A stretch of 64,000 nucleotides of DNA from NCBI GenBank assembly GCA_021413825.1, contig JAIOPQ010000004.1, positions 441 through 64,440 of the forward strand, written 5' to 3'. Origin of the DNA: Spirochaetia bacterium. GTDB lineage: Bacteria; Spirochaetota; Leptospiria; Leptospirales; Leptonemataceae. Under the pieces are notes generated by a model that made no database searches, was not told where the DNA came from, and saw only the letters and a program-made list of their open reading frames with translations. The translations under genes and the position numbers were made by a program. This document shows positions 39,753 through 49,290 of the stretch, piece by piece (the first letter of the stretch is position 1; each line of letters starts with the position of its first letter).

Positions 39753-42700
39753 TCAGGAAATTGAGCTGAGCAAGCTCTTGGCCTGTCGGTTCTCAGGATC
39801 AAGTCCCAGGGCCCGGTCCAACATTTCCTGGGCCTTTGCATGTTCGCCTGTCTTCTGATACAGATCAGCCATGTGAATCAGGTTTGGAATCCGATTGGGA
39901 TTGATCTCGTAAACGCGCATCGCTGCATCCAGCGCCTTGGTATATTCGCCCATGCGCTTGTGCGCAATCGAGAGATAGAGCCAGAAATCTGCGATGTTAG
40001 GATCGTGTTCGAGGTAATTGCCAAGGATCTCCACAGCCTTTGGATAGTCGCGTTCCTTGAATGTGAGGACAGCCAATATCTTGTTCAAAGCCGGAACATC
40101 GCGCCTTACACTATAAGCCTGTCTTAGTACTTCAAGTGCTTGCTCGTGCTTTCCCTGACGAGCCAGGCGTCGCCCTTCCTGGAATGTTTCCTCAAAGGAT
40201 CCAATTTCTTCCACGTCGTCGAACTGCATGTCATCTTCTTCATCTGGATCAATGTCGATCACCACGCGCTGCTGCGGGGCCTGTTGAACCACAGGTGCAG
40301 TTGTCTGGGACGCCGCACCGACGAACTGCAGGCGCAGGAACGAAAGGTCATCCGTAAGATCTCCCTGGGCCAGCAAACGTTCGAGCAGGGCGTTGAGATC
40401 ACCGTCTGCCTCTTCGACCCGCTTAAGAATTTGGAATTCGTCTTCGTTGATTGTGCGAACTGGCTGATCTGGCGTCAGGTCAATATCATCGCGTCCGTCC
40501 GATGCCATAATGATAACGTCACCCGGTTGCAGTTGGAACTTTCTGACCTTGAAAGGAATCTCAGATTCCAAACCAACTTTACGCAATTGCAGATCTTCCT
40601 CTATAAAGGAAGCCTTGCCGTTGCGGTACAGAATTTGGAATGGATGTTCAGCATTGAAATACCAGACTTCTCCTGTCTCCTCGTCCACGATTGACATAAC
40701 CACAGAGATAACCATGGAGCCGTTGAACGCCAGGAACACAGCGTGAACTTCATCGTAGACCTCTTTGAGCCATTGCTCCGGAGGAATGGTCAAAATTTTG
40801 TTATTCTTAGCAGAGCGAGCCATGATGGAATTCATCACAACGCCCATTACCAATGAGCCTCCGGCGCCCTGCATGGATTTACCCATAGCATCACCGTTAA
40901 GCGACACTACATAGCGACGTTCCGGATGCGTGGAGAAGCGCAGGTTACCAGTAATACAAATGTCGCCGCCCAATTCCGAATGTTTGTTACGGAACTCAAA
41001 CTGCTTTTTCTGACGGAGCAAGAACTCTGTCTTAACAGAACGAGATTTATTCGCATTGAAGAAGAGCGGTTTGGCCAGGAGAGACGTCAGGAAGTAGTCA
41101 CCATCTTGCTGAATCTTCAAGGCATGCACTTGCTCGAGAGTCTTGTTCAATTCAGCAGTTCTTTCTTTTACCTTTTCTTCCAGGTTATTTGCATAATCCT
41201 GTAACTTGGCCCTTGCATCGCGAATGGAAGCGACCATTGAGTTAAACGAGTTGGTTAGAAATCCGATCTCATCCTGAACTTTCACTGGAACTTCAATATC
41301 GAGATCACCCTTGTTCACTTTGGTAACACCGCGAAGCAGTGAGTTGAGTGGATTGACAAGGCTCCCGCGGAAGAAGAGCGGATAAAGAACAATCAGAACC
41401 ACAAGCACAACAAGGAGAATAATAATGAGTCGTTTGGCCGCTGGGTGCACAAATGCGCGGTATTCCCGGTACGAGAAACCTACTTCGTAAATAACTTCAT
41501 CCTGAAGCGAATAGGAATCGAAAGCCACAAAATGCCCGTGTCCGTTTTCACTCTTACGATAAAGGCGCGTTCTATCTGCCTTGAATGGAGCCAAATAGCG
41601 GAGCACTTCACGCCGCAGCTCAGCCGCTTCCATTCCCTCATGCGCTTTGATATAATCAAGCATCGGTTGCCGAAAGGGTCCAAATGCTGAAGGCGTTTTA
41701 TTCAAGTATTTGATAAGTTCAGCACGAAAGCTTTTATCCTTTGGGAGCGCCGAAATTCGTGTTGTGTTTACAAATGCGTCTTTATCTAATTTCGCAAACA
41801 ACTCTTCAAGATTCCCGAGCAGCTCCGGAGCTGGTTGATTGGCGTTTGCCAGATATGCTTCGATCGAGCCGCGATACCCTGCAAATGTAGGCGGAGAATC
41901 CCGAACAATATTCAGCACACCCTCTTTGAACTGTGGCTGATCCCCAGACAGGACGATGCGCTCGTAAATCCTGGTGTTGCGTAAGCTATCCAATTCATTT
42001 GCAAATGTAATCCGTTGTTCTGCTGGAAGCTTGCGATACGCTTCTGATTCGTATGGAACATCTACCTTCCCCGTTCCAGGATCTAGAGAAATCACGTACT
42101 GGATTGTTGGATGTTTTTCTGCTCCATCGAGTGCCCGGAGCATGTATTGGACGCGCAACGCATCATATTCTTCTTCACGATCGCGCATTGTAAACAAGCT
42201 CACGCCCTGCATCATCACGAGGAACGTTACCAGAGTGATACCGACGATCTTTGCCATGAACGTCGAACGATCCTTGGTTGTGTTCATGTACGTGAGGATC
42301 ATCAGGAAGAATCCACCCACCACAGTCAGAACGAATGCAAGAAGGAACGTACCGCGTTCTACAACACCATCACGGCTTTGAATATTCAGTACAGCTGGCG
42401 TGATGCCAGCAACCATAACAGAAAGGACAATCAATAGAATGGCATTGCGTTCTTTGGTCTTGATTGTAAAATATTTCCAGACACCAAATGCTGGAAGCAA
42501 AAGGATATAAATGAAAATCAAGATACCTACGATCTTACTGATTAGCTCAGCGTCAAAGTCCCAGTAATGCGCTGAGAAGTGAAACTTACGATCTGAATGC
42601 AGACTTTCGTACATGAAAGCGCCCAGGCACGCTAGAGCAATTACCCACTGAACAATTAGAATTGTACGGGTAAGGCGTGGATGAGTATTTTCAGGGAAGC

Positions 42701-43010
42701 GTAGCAACCACTGCAAGAAGTGCAGAATGGCTGGCATAACAAAACCAATTGTCATCCAACGATGATAGGCAGCGAGGTCGCTGTAATACGATTGGCAGAT
42801 TACATAGGCGAATACGTAGAACGACATCAAGAGCAGAGCAACACCCATCTGTGTTGTGCTCTTGGATTTCTGGGGCAGGGATAGAAGGAACACGCCGCAA
42901 ATCAGGCAAAAGATGAAGGTTATGAAGGCCCCGATTGCGAAGTAATTCAGGTAAATGTTATGACGATTCAGGAAATCTATTGCTTCCACGCAGCTCCCCT
43001 GACCGGCCAA
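39753..43010 (-). CDS. multidomain sensor phosphatase: polytopic N-terminus, HAMP, SpoIIE/PP2C, C-terminal TPR repeats
   Basis: 1085 aa. N-terminal ~7 TM helices. HAMP LVNPLNSLLRGVTKVNKGDLDIEVPVKVQDEIGFLTNSFNSMV. PP2C/SpoIIE GGDICITG...NGDAMGKSMQGAGGSLVMG...IMASDGRDD. TPR-like C-terminus (...ALEVLRQAYS...AVEILGNYLEHDPN...ALDAAMRVYEINPN...AQEMLDRALGLDPEN). Start is TTG 43010 or GTG 42992. Confidence 0.85.
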   Translation of the reverse strand: MAGQGSCVEAIDFLNRHNIYLNYFAIGAFITFIFCLICGVFLLSLPQKSKSTTQMGVALLLMSFYVFAYVICQSYYSDLAAYHRWMTIGFVMPAILHFLQWLLRFPENTHPRLTRTILIVQWVIALACLGAFMYESLHSDRKFHFSAHYWDFDAELISKIVGILIFIYILLLPAFGVWKYFTIKTKERNAILLIVLSVMVAGITPAVLNIQSRDGVVERGTFLLAFVLTVVGGFFLMILTYMNTTKDRSTFMAKIVGITLVTFLVMMQGVSLFTMRDREEEYDALRVQYMLRALDGAEKHPTIQYVISLDPGTGKVDVPYESEAYRKLPAEQRITFANELDSLRNTRIYERIVLSGDQPQFKEGVLNIVRDSPPTFAGYRGSIEAYLANANQPAPELLGNLEELFAKLDKDAFVNTTRISALPKDKSFRAELIKYLNKTPSAFGPFRQPMLDYIKAHEGMEAAELRREVLRYLAPFKADRTRLYRKSENGHGHFVAFDSYSLQDEVIYEVGFSYREYRAFVHPAAKRLIIILLVVLVVLIVLYPLFFRGSLVNPLNSLLRGVTKVNKGDLDIEVPVKVQDEIGFLTNSFNSMVASIRDARAKLQDYANNLEEKVKERTAELNKTLEQVHALKIQQDGDYFLTSLLAKPLFFNANKSRSVKTEFLLRQKKQFEFRNKHSELGGDICITGNLRFSTHPERRYVVSLNGDAMGKSMQGAGGSLVMGVVMNSIMARSAKNNKILTIPPEQWLKEVYDEVHAVFLAFNGSMVISVVMSIVDEETGEVWYFNAEHPFQILYRNGKASFIEEDLQLRKVGLESEIPFKVRKFQLQPGDVIIMASDGRDDIDLTPDQPVRTINEDEFQILKRVEEADGDLNALLERLLAQGDLTDDLSFLRLQFVGAASQTTAPVVQQAPQQRVVIDIDPDEEDDMQFDDVEEIGSFEETFQEGRRLARQGKHEQALEVLRQAYSVRRDVPALNKILAVLTFKERDYPKAVEILGNYLEHDPNIADFWLYLSIAHKRMGEYTKALDAAMRVYEINPNRIPNLIHMADLYQKTGEHAKAQEMLDRALGLDPENRQAKSLLSSIS

Positions 43011-43031
43011 ACATGCAGGACCGATCCGTTA

Positions 43032-43061
43032 TTTATAGTTCGGCAAACAGGGGGGTGTCAA
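43032..43061 (-). promoter_or_regulatory. sigma70-like promoter candidate for the sensor phosphatase operon
   Basis: The minus strand reads TTGACA (43061-43056), an 18-nt spacer, then TATAAA (43037-43032), about 20-40 nt upstream of the candidate start codons. Confidence 0.35.
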
Positions 43062-43095
43062 CAGTATTTTTAAGCGAAAAAGGCCAGCGATTCGC

Positions 43096-44007
43096 TTAAA
43101 TCGCAGCCGCAAGCGGTCTGCTAGAGCGCCTAACTGACAATTCATCGTGCGCTGCACGCTGCAGGATCAATTTCGCTATTGCGACATCCAGGCCATGGCC
43201 ACCACGGCATGCGATGACGTGGGCCAGCAAGGGCCTGCCCATCAGGTAAAGATCCCCAACCAGGTCCAGGACCTTATGACGAATGCACTCGTCTGCAAAA
43301 CGCAGGTCTTCGCGATTGAGGTAACCGTCCTCGGTTAGAACAATGGCATTTTCCGCGCTTGCACCCTTGATCAGGCCTTTCGCGCGAAGGGCTTCAACAT
43401 CTTTCAGGAAACCAAAGGTACGAGCAGAAAGAATCTCCTGCGAGAAAGTCTGGCTATCCAGATCCATCGTAATGGTTTGGCCCCGAAGTTCTGGATGCGG
43501 AAAATCGATTGTGCAAGTGACTTTGAAAGTCTCAGAAGGGAGTGCTACCAGATAGCGGTCGCCGTCTACAACCCATACCGGGCTGGTCAGTCGAATTGGC
43601 GCGATGTCAGCGCCCAGGTCTCGCACGCCCACGCGATTGATTTCCTCAAAGAAAATTTTTGCAGATCCGTCCAGGATCGGAACTTCCTGCGAATCCAATT
43701 CCATCATTGCATCTGAAACGCCGGTCGCAGCAAGTGCAGCGAGTAGGTGTTCGACTGTCTGGATTCTCCAGCGATGATTGCTCAACGTGACCGCCTGACG
43801 TGTGTCTATGGCGTTAAAGGGCGATACTGCAATAGTTGATTTATGATTCTTATTTTGGAAAACGAGGCCAGTTCCAGCCGGAGCCGGTTTAATCCAGAGA
43901 TTTACTTCATCCCCCGAGTGGAGGCCTATCCCCTGGATGTGAACGATGCCTCTGACTGTTGCACGTCTGGTCAAACCGGGATGCTGGGTCGATGCGAAGT
44001 TTTCCAT
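43096..44007 (-). CDS. lpxC: UDP-3-O-acyl-N-acetylglucosamine deacetylase
   Basis: From ATG 44007: MENFASTQHPGLTRRATVRGIVHIQGIGLHSGDEV..., TVEHLLAALAATGV, ILDGSA, FLKDVEALRAKGLIKGASAENAIV, and RHKVLDLVGDLYL...GGH (zinc/catalytic His motifs). Confidence 0.92.
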   Translation of the reverse strand: MENFASTQHPGLTRRATVRGIVHIQGIGLHSGDEVNLWIKPAPAGTGLVFQNKNHKSTIAVSPFNAIDTRQAVTLSNHRWRIQTVEHLLAALAATGVSDAMMELDSQEVPILDGSAKIFFEEINRVGVRDLGADIAPIRLTSPVWVVDGDRYLVALPSETFKVTCTIDFPHPELRGQTITMDLDSQTFSQEILSARTFGFLKDVEALRAKGLIKGASAENAIVLTEDGYLNREDLRFADECIRHKVLDLVGDLYLMGRPLLAHVIACRGGHGLDVAIAKLILQRAAHDELSVRRSSRPLAAAI

Positions 44008-44211
44008 ACTGGGAGCTATAGAGCAAGGATTGTGCCAATGGGCCCAGTTGGCGAATTTTGGTCTAAATAGCCGGTTTGCGGCATTGTGTGAAGCACAGGT
44101 CCTGATTCTCAATTGGCGGATTGCAGTCTTAATGAGACATAATTCAGTCGGTTATGTGGACTTTCTTCCCAGGCGATGCATTTTTGCAACACCGGTCCGC
44201 ATTCTGACGAC

Positions 44212-44805
44212 TCATCGAATTCGATTGGCGACCCAACCACTTCCACTCTGTCCACCCGAGTATTGGCCAACCAGGTTAGCTCCATCCTGGGACAATTCAC
44301 CGTTGTATTCCTGGCGGAAAGGTCCAGTCGCACCGATTTCCGAACAGCGCCTTCCGGCGCAACTTCGTACGAAATAGATGCGATTGCCCTGGATGGCAAC
44401 ATTTCCCAGGGGCTCGGGAATATGCTTACCCCAATTCTGGAAATGCAGTGTGGCACCGGGATATCCACCAGGAAGCGAATATATATAGAGAAGACCTTTA
44501 TGACCACTAACGTCAATGCGATACGTCCCCAGAAAATACTGAAATGGAGGAGCTTCCGAGGTCGCGTTTGCAGGCTCCGTCATGGCACCGATCGTTGCTC
44601 TTTCCTCCTCGCAACTATTGTCTTTTCCAACAAAATACCCGCCCAGGAAGGACGCGGGAATGACAATAGGCAGAATCAGGAAGAGCCATTTGCGCCGGGG
44701 CTTTTGGTCTTCTGATTCTAGACTCTGTGCCTTCTGACCCTTGGCGTAATCAAAGAGGTCTGGATCATTCTTTTTCCTGAAGAGGTCCCGGATCAATCGT
44801 ATCAT
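44212..44805 (-). CDS. hypothetical single-pass membrane protein
   Basis: 197 aa with one TM helix (WLFLILPIVIPASFLGGYFV), then a ~130-aa soluble domain. The overlapping ORFs 44109..44516(-) and 44176..44715(+) look non-coding by composition. Confidence 0.55.
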   Translation of the reverse strand: MIRLIRDLFRKKNDPDLFDYAKGQKAQSLESEDQKPRRKWLFLILPIVIPASFLGGYFVGKDNSCEEERATIGAMTEPANATSEAPPFQYFLGTYRIDVSGHKGLLYIYSLPGGYPGATLHFQNWGKHIPEPLGNVAIQGNRIYFVRSCAGRRCSEIGATGPFRQEYNGELSQDGANLVGQYSGGQSGSGWVANRIR

Positions 44806-44961
44806 CGTTTCACTGATCGGCTGATTTTAGGATTGATTGAGCCTGGATTTGGAGCTCTAAGCGTTCGACGATCAGGTTGCACTTGAAAAAGGAAACTATT
44901 CTTACCTCATGGGCTGCGTGATGCATGATTGCCAGAATTCGGCGAGCGGCCAATTCCCCGC

Positions 44962-45651
44962 TCAGTCAGCGCTGGGCCGTGAGACGTAGAAGGACTCTCC
45001 GCTTAATTCCAGCTGCACAGATTCAATTGCGCCTGTCACATTTTGAAACTCTCGGAGTGGACCGCTCAAAAACTTATACATTTTCCAGACGACTCTAGAG
45101 TTTGCAGTCCCGGTCGCACCAACTTCAGATCCAATCCATGGATTTCGCTTTCTTCCCTCTTCCGCGGATTCCGCCGTGTAGTAGGATCGATTTGCAGAAA
45201 GGGCAAACACATCGCTCAAGGCCTTCAAGCCGATGCGCACATCGTCTGTATCTTTCTTAAGATTGATAATAATCGAACAATGTCTCCACTGATCATGTTC
45301 CAAGCATGGATCATCTACAACTGCTGCCCATCCGGTGATTGCAAATGGACTGCGCTTCCTCCAGGTTACAAATAGAGTCGAGTCTATTGCCGCCCAGAAG
45401 TACAAGAAATAGCCGCCAATCACAACGCATAGCCAGGCCCAATCGTCCCAGGCTGACCGCCTGATCATCGCTTGAAAGTCGCCTAACGGCATAGACAGAG
45501 TTATTATCAAATGGGTAAGAACGGCAGACAACACAAACATTCCGATTACCGGATCACCCGTGCGAAATCTCCACCAGATCACCAAGCGATCTCGACGCTG
45601 GCTATTTTGCTTCTCAAAGAAATATGCGATCTTATCTAAGAAGCTTTGCAA
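44962..45651 (-). CDS. hypothetical membrane protein (2-3 TM + soluble C-terminal domain)
   Basis: TTG start per the ORF track. Helices VIGMFVLSAVLTHLIITL and WAWLCVVIGGYFLYFWAAI. The frame stays open 126 nt further upstream to an in-frame TGA (see findings). Confidence 0.55.
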   Translation of the reverse strand: MQSFLDKIAYFFEKQNSQRRDRLVIWWRFRTGDPVIGMFVLSAVLTHLIITLSMPLGDFQAMIRRSAWDDWAWLCVVIGGYFLYFWAAIDSTLFVTWRKRSPFAITGWAAVVDDPCLEHDQWRHCSIIINLKKDTDDVRIGLKALSDVFALSANRSYYTAESAEEGRKRNPWIGSEVGATGTANSRVVWKMYKFLSGPLREFQNVTGAIESVQLELSGESFYVSRPSAD

Positions 45652-45948
45652 TCCGTCCTGAATCCGCGCGGAACGCGCCGCTCTACGCTCGTGCAGGGCT
45701 TTCGCCTGCTCTGCCTGCCTCTTAAGATCTTCTGTGTACTTATCCAGAGCTAAAGCATAGAGCCGCTTAACGCCAGGTCAAGAAGGAATTCCCGTGCAGC
45801 TTGACTTTAGCTGGACTATGGTCGTCTGGAATATGCTCATCCCGAGTATGGAGCCCGGCCTGTCGGAATATCCGGAAGGAATTTGCTGGGAGTCCTCACA
45901 AAAATGACTTTATTGATTTTTCAGGCTAAGCAAGCCTGAAGTCAGCAG

Positions 45949-46614
45949 GTGAATCTTCTGCCAAATCTAAAAACAAAACCTGCCCAGATTGATTCCATGT
46001 ATGAGAAGTTGGAAGAGCGCTTTGGCGCAGTTCATTGTCCTCTGACATATTCACAACCACATGAACTCTGTATCGCCGTAATCTTGAGTGCTCAGTGCAC
46101 AGATCAACGGGTCAACCTGGTGACACCGGCACTATTTGCGCGATTCAAGACACCTGCAGAATTTGCAAACGCGGATCGCATTGAGCTGGAAGAACTGATT
46201 CATTCAACGGGCTTTTACCACAATAAGGCCAGAAGTATCCAGGGTTTTGCTCAATCGCTTGTTGAAACCCACGGCGGAATCGTCCCGAACAACATGAAAG
46301 ACCTGGTGGCAATGCCCGGCATTGGGAGAAAGACGGCTAACGTTGTAATGCAAGAATTGTATGGACTGGTCGACGGAATAGTAGTGGATACGCATGTCCT
46401 CAGGTTATCCAAGCTTCTCAAATTAACAAAACACTCAGATGCTGTGAAAGTTGAGCGTGATTTGATTCAGGCAATTCCTAGAAAATACTGGATGAACTGG
46501 TCACTCTACATGATCTTCTTAGGGCGATCATGTTGCACTGCAAGGAAGCGAAACTGCAATGAATGCATACTTTCCAACCTCTGCCCTTCCAGTACTCTTA
46601 AGAATGGGGCGTGA
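45949..46614 (+). CDS. nth: endonuclease III (DNA glycosylase/AP lyase)
   Basis: HhH-GPD LVAMPGIGRKTANVVM, catalytic region VDTHVLRLS, and the [4Fe-4S] loop CTARKRNCNECILSNLC. GTG start. Confidence 0.92.
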   Translation: MNLLPNLKTKPAQIDSMYEKLEERFGAVHCPLTYSQPHELCIAVILSAQCTDQRVNLVTPALFARFKTPAEFANADRIELEELIHSTGFYHNKARSIQGFAQSLVETHGGIVPNNMKDLVAMPGIGRKTANVVMQELYGLVDGIVVDTHVLRLSKLLKLTKHSDAVKVERDLIQAIPRKYWMNWSLYMIFLGRSCCTARKRNCNECILSNLCPSSTLKNGA

Positions 46615-47023
46615 TATCCACGTCAGCCAGCACATGGAGAGCAGCTGCAAATAGCCCTTCCGATTTCCTGTAACTGAGAATCTCGCGAGCAAAGCGGAAG
46701 AACTCCTCGTTAATCTCGATATCGAGCTGAACAGTCTTGCTCGCAGAATAGAAAGCCACATCGTTCATCGCAAGGTCTGTTGTTACACCTGTGCGTACAA
46801 TTGGATCAAGCTTGTTCCAACAAATAGACTTGCCGCGAAAGGTAAATTGAAACCAGGTCAGTTCATCGTGCAGGGTATTTGCAAAGAAATCGAAGTAAGG
46901 CTCACTCCCCTGAAACCAGTGCCGCACAATGTCGTGCTTCAACTTTTTCTGACTGATTCGGTCAAGAGAACGCGCTAGCTCCATCGCGGTTTCTACCATG
47001 GTAGAAGCAGAATATATGCGCAA
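46598..47023 (-). CDS. hypothetical protein
   Basis: 141-aa ORF, convergent with nth (17-nt overlap). No motif recognised. Confidence 0.5.
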   Translation of the reverse strand: MRIYSASTMVETAMELARSLDRISQKKLKHDIVRHWFQGSEPYFDFFANTLHDELTWFQFTFRGKSICWNKLDPIVRTGVTTDLAMNDVAFYSASKTVQLDIEINEEFFRFAREILSYRKSEGLFAAALHVLADVDITPHS

Positions 47024-47125
47024 TGCAATTGGTCTGCTAAAAATTGCACCAGGCGGGAGAATTTCCGATTGCCCTGGTTCGGGGATAGTATTCGAATCAA
47101 GAATGAGGGGATGGGCTTTCTAACA

Positions 47126-48370
47126 ATGCAGGATTCATTGTTCACACAGGACTCGCCTTTGCCGCATCGTCTCCGTCCTTCACGCCCGGAGGATTTTTTT
47201 GGAAATGCAAAACTCCTTGAACGACTCATGAGCCAACGCGTGCACTCCATGATTCTATATGGTCCGCCTGGATGCGGAAAGACTACCCTGGCTACAATGA
47301 TAGCTGAAAAAAGCGGTTTGTCATTTGTCGCACTCTCGGCCGTATCCTCTGGAGTAAAGGAAGTCCGAGAAGCAATCGATCAAGGTAAGAAGTTAGGCAA
47401 GCTGGTGTTATTCATCGATGAGATCCATCGATTCAGTAAGGCCCAGCAGGATGCAATGCTTCATGCTGTCGAATCAGGATGGATAGTCCTGATTGGTGCA
47501 ACAACGGAGAATCCTTCTTTTGAAGTGATAAATGCGCTGCTTTCACGATGCCAGGTTTATCGCCTGGAGGCCCTCAGCAAAAATGATCTGGAGAAAGTGC
47601 TGGCTCGTGCCATCGCAACGGACCCTTTCTTGAAGAATACTCGCCTGACGTCTGAAGTAGCTGATGCTTTAATTGATTTCGCAGCCGGTGATGCAAGGAA
47701 GATGCTGCAGGTTATGGAATTGGCCGTAGGTCACAACAACAGGGAAATTACACGCGAAACACTGGCTGAAATTACTTCCGATTTCGCGCGGAGGTATGAT
47801 AGAGCAGGTGACAATCATTACGATTTTATCAGCGCATTTATCAAGAGCATGCGTGGCTCTGATCCGGATGCTGCACTCCTGTACATGGCTTGCATGATCG
47901 ACGCAGGAGAAGACCCGCTGTTCATTGCACGCCGCATGGTAATTTTCGCAGCCGAGGACATTGGAAACGCAGTTCCGCAGGCATTACAAGTAGCTGTGGC
48001 GGCATTCCAGGCGCTTGAACGGATAGGAATGCCTGAGGGGCGAATCATCCTGGCGCAAGCGGCTACATTTCTCGCCAGCAGCCCAAAGAGCAATGCATCG
48101 TACAGGGCAATTAACTCCGCCCTGAAGTTCATTGATCAAAAGCAAATATCCATCCCCAACCATCTGCGCAACGCACCGACAGAAACCCAGAGAAAAGAGG
48201 GAGCGGGACAGGGTTACAAGTATCCGCACGATTTTCCTGAGCATTTTGTCCAACAGGATTACATGCCACAGGGAATGAATCAGCAATTCTACGAACCCAC
48301 AGATCAGGGACATGAAAGTCGGCTAAAAGAACGTTTGCGTAGCCTCGGTCGCAACGGGAGAAAATATTAA
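47126..48370 (+). CDS. rarA: replication-associated recombination protein A (AAA+ ATPase)
   Basis: LRPSRPEDFFGN, Walker A ILYGPPGCGKTTLA, Walker B VLFIDEIHRFSKAQQD, and the MgsA C-terminal region HYDFISAFIKSMRGSDPDAALLYMACM...YKYPHDF. The start is set at ATG 47126. Confidence 0.92.
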   Translation: MQDSLFTQDSPLPHRLRPSRPEDFFGNAKLLERLMSQRVHSMILYGPPGCGKTTLATMIAEKSGLSFVALSAVSSGVKEVREAIDQGKKLGKLVLFIDEIHRFSKAQQDAMLHAVESGWIVLIGATTENPSFEVINALLSRCQVYRLEALSKNDLEKVLARAIATDPFLKNTRLTSEVADALIDFAAGDARKMLQVMELAVGHNNREITRETLAEITSDFARRYDRAGDNHYDFISAFIKSMRGSDPDAALLYMACMIDAGEDPLFIARRMVIFAAEDIGNAVPQALQVAVAAFQALERIGMPEGRIILAQAATFLASSPKSNASYRAINSALKFIDQKQISIPNHLRNAPTETQRKEGAGQGYKYPHDFPEHFVQQDYMPQGMNQQFYEPTDQGHESRLKERLRSLGRNGRKY

Positions 48371-49290
48371 TGCTAAAAGGGATTCTGTTATTCTTGTTTC
48401 TAGCTGCTTCTCTACAAGCAGAAGAGTGGGTTAAGGTTACCATAAAAAAAGCGTTTATCAGTCGCCAGACATTCGAGGCCAACCGTGATATCTTCACCGA
48501 GCCCGAATTCGGATGGCGCGTCCTTTCCAACAAACAGGTAATTATGCGCGGAGACCTATACGGAGATTACTTTCTTCCGAAGAGCAAGGATATGGAACTT
48601 GCATTGATCGAGAAGGATATTATTTCCGATGATCTGGTTCAGACGTTTCCCCTGGATGCCGCGCCTGGCATAAAGAGATTTGAAAACGGGGAAGATGAGT
48701 TCTCGATCGATGTAGGTCCGTTTTTCCCCAACGCCAAATCCGGTAGTGATCAAACAATGCCACAGGCAATCCCTATTGGAGGCTTTGTTCAAGACAGCGT
48801 TTCATTTCGGGATCAAGATATGACGGATTCGTTTCTTGTCGAAACGCGACTAACGCTCTTCGCTCCTGAGTTCCCTTTCATTCAAATCGCGGCTCCAGGC
48901 TGTAAGCTTGTATCGGATATTCACCAGAACTTTGTAGTCCTGGATTGCCCGCCAGGTAAACATTCCATTTCCGTTGTGGCCTCGCCTGGGAGCTTCGCTA
49001 CAAAATACTCCCTCACTTCAGCGACCGACATACCATCACTGGTAAAATCTGTGGATCGGGCCCTGGACAAGCGCCTGTACAGATACGATAGTGCATTCTT
49101 GCTTTTGCAAAGCGTTGACGGAGGCCTTTCGCGGGATTTTTGTAAGGTCAGCGCGGCGGTTTCAATCTGCGCCTATTCAAACTACAGATTGGCAGATCCT
49201 GAAACAAGAGCAAAACTGGATTCTGCGGCTACTACTGAGGAGTTGAAAGGGGTTTTGGAACGAGCAAGGCTTGACACTCCTCAGGAATGA
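48370..49290 (+). CDS. hypothetical secreted protein
   Basis: TAATG overlap with rarA. Signal peptide MLKGILLFLFLAASLQAEE. 306 aa, no motif recognised. Confidence 0.6.
   Translation: MLKGILLFLFLAASLQAEEWVKVTIKKAFISRQTFEANRDIFTEPEFGWRVLSNKQVIMRGDLYGDYFLPKSKDMELALIEKDIISDDLVQTFPLDAAPGIKRFENGEDEFSIDVGPFFPNAKSGSDQTMPQAIPIGGFVQDSVSFRDQDMTDSFLVETRLTLFAPEFPFIQIAAPGCKLVSDIHQNFVVLDCPPGKHSISVVASPGSFATKYSLTSATDIPSLVKSVDRALDKRLYRYDSAFLLLQSVDGGLSRDFCKVSAAVSICAYSNYRLADPETRAKLDSAATTEELKGVLERARLDTPQE

Noticed and set aside
43062-43096. Intrinsic terminator after lpxC (minus-strand gcgatt-taagcg-aatcgc followed by tggccttttt)
   Set aside because: The stem is only 6 bp and AT-containing, and the T-run is separated from it by 5 nt. 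An alternative 7-9-bp fold competes (ttaagcgaa/ttcgcttaa). This is too ambiguous to annotate.
44109-44715. ORFs 44109..44516(-) and 44176..44715(+) overlapping 44212..44805(-)
   Set aside because: Only the 44212..44805 frame gives an ATG start, a TM helix and globular-domain composition. The others look like frame shadows.
45740-45780. Selenocysteine decoding of the in-frame TGA at 45778-45780
   Set aside because: I could not find a convincing SECIS-type hairpin within the ~40 nt downstream of the UGA on the mRNA (only 4-bp stems), and the context is not a redox-protein motif. A nonsense mutation or a downstream start is more likely.
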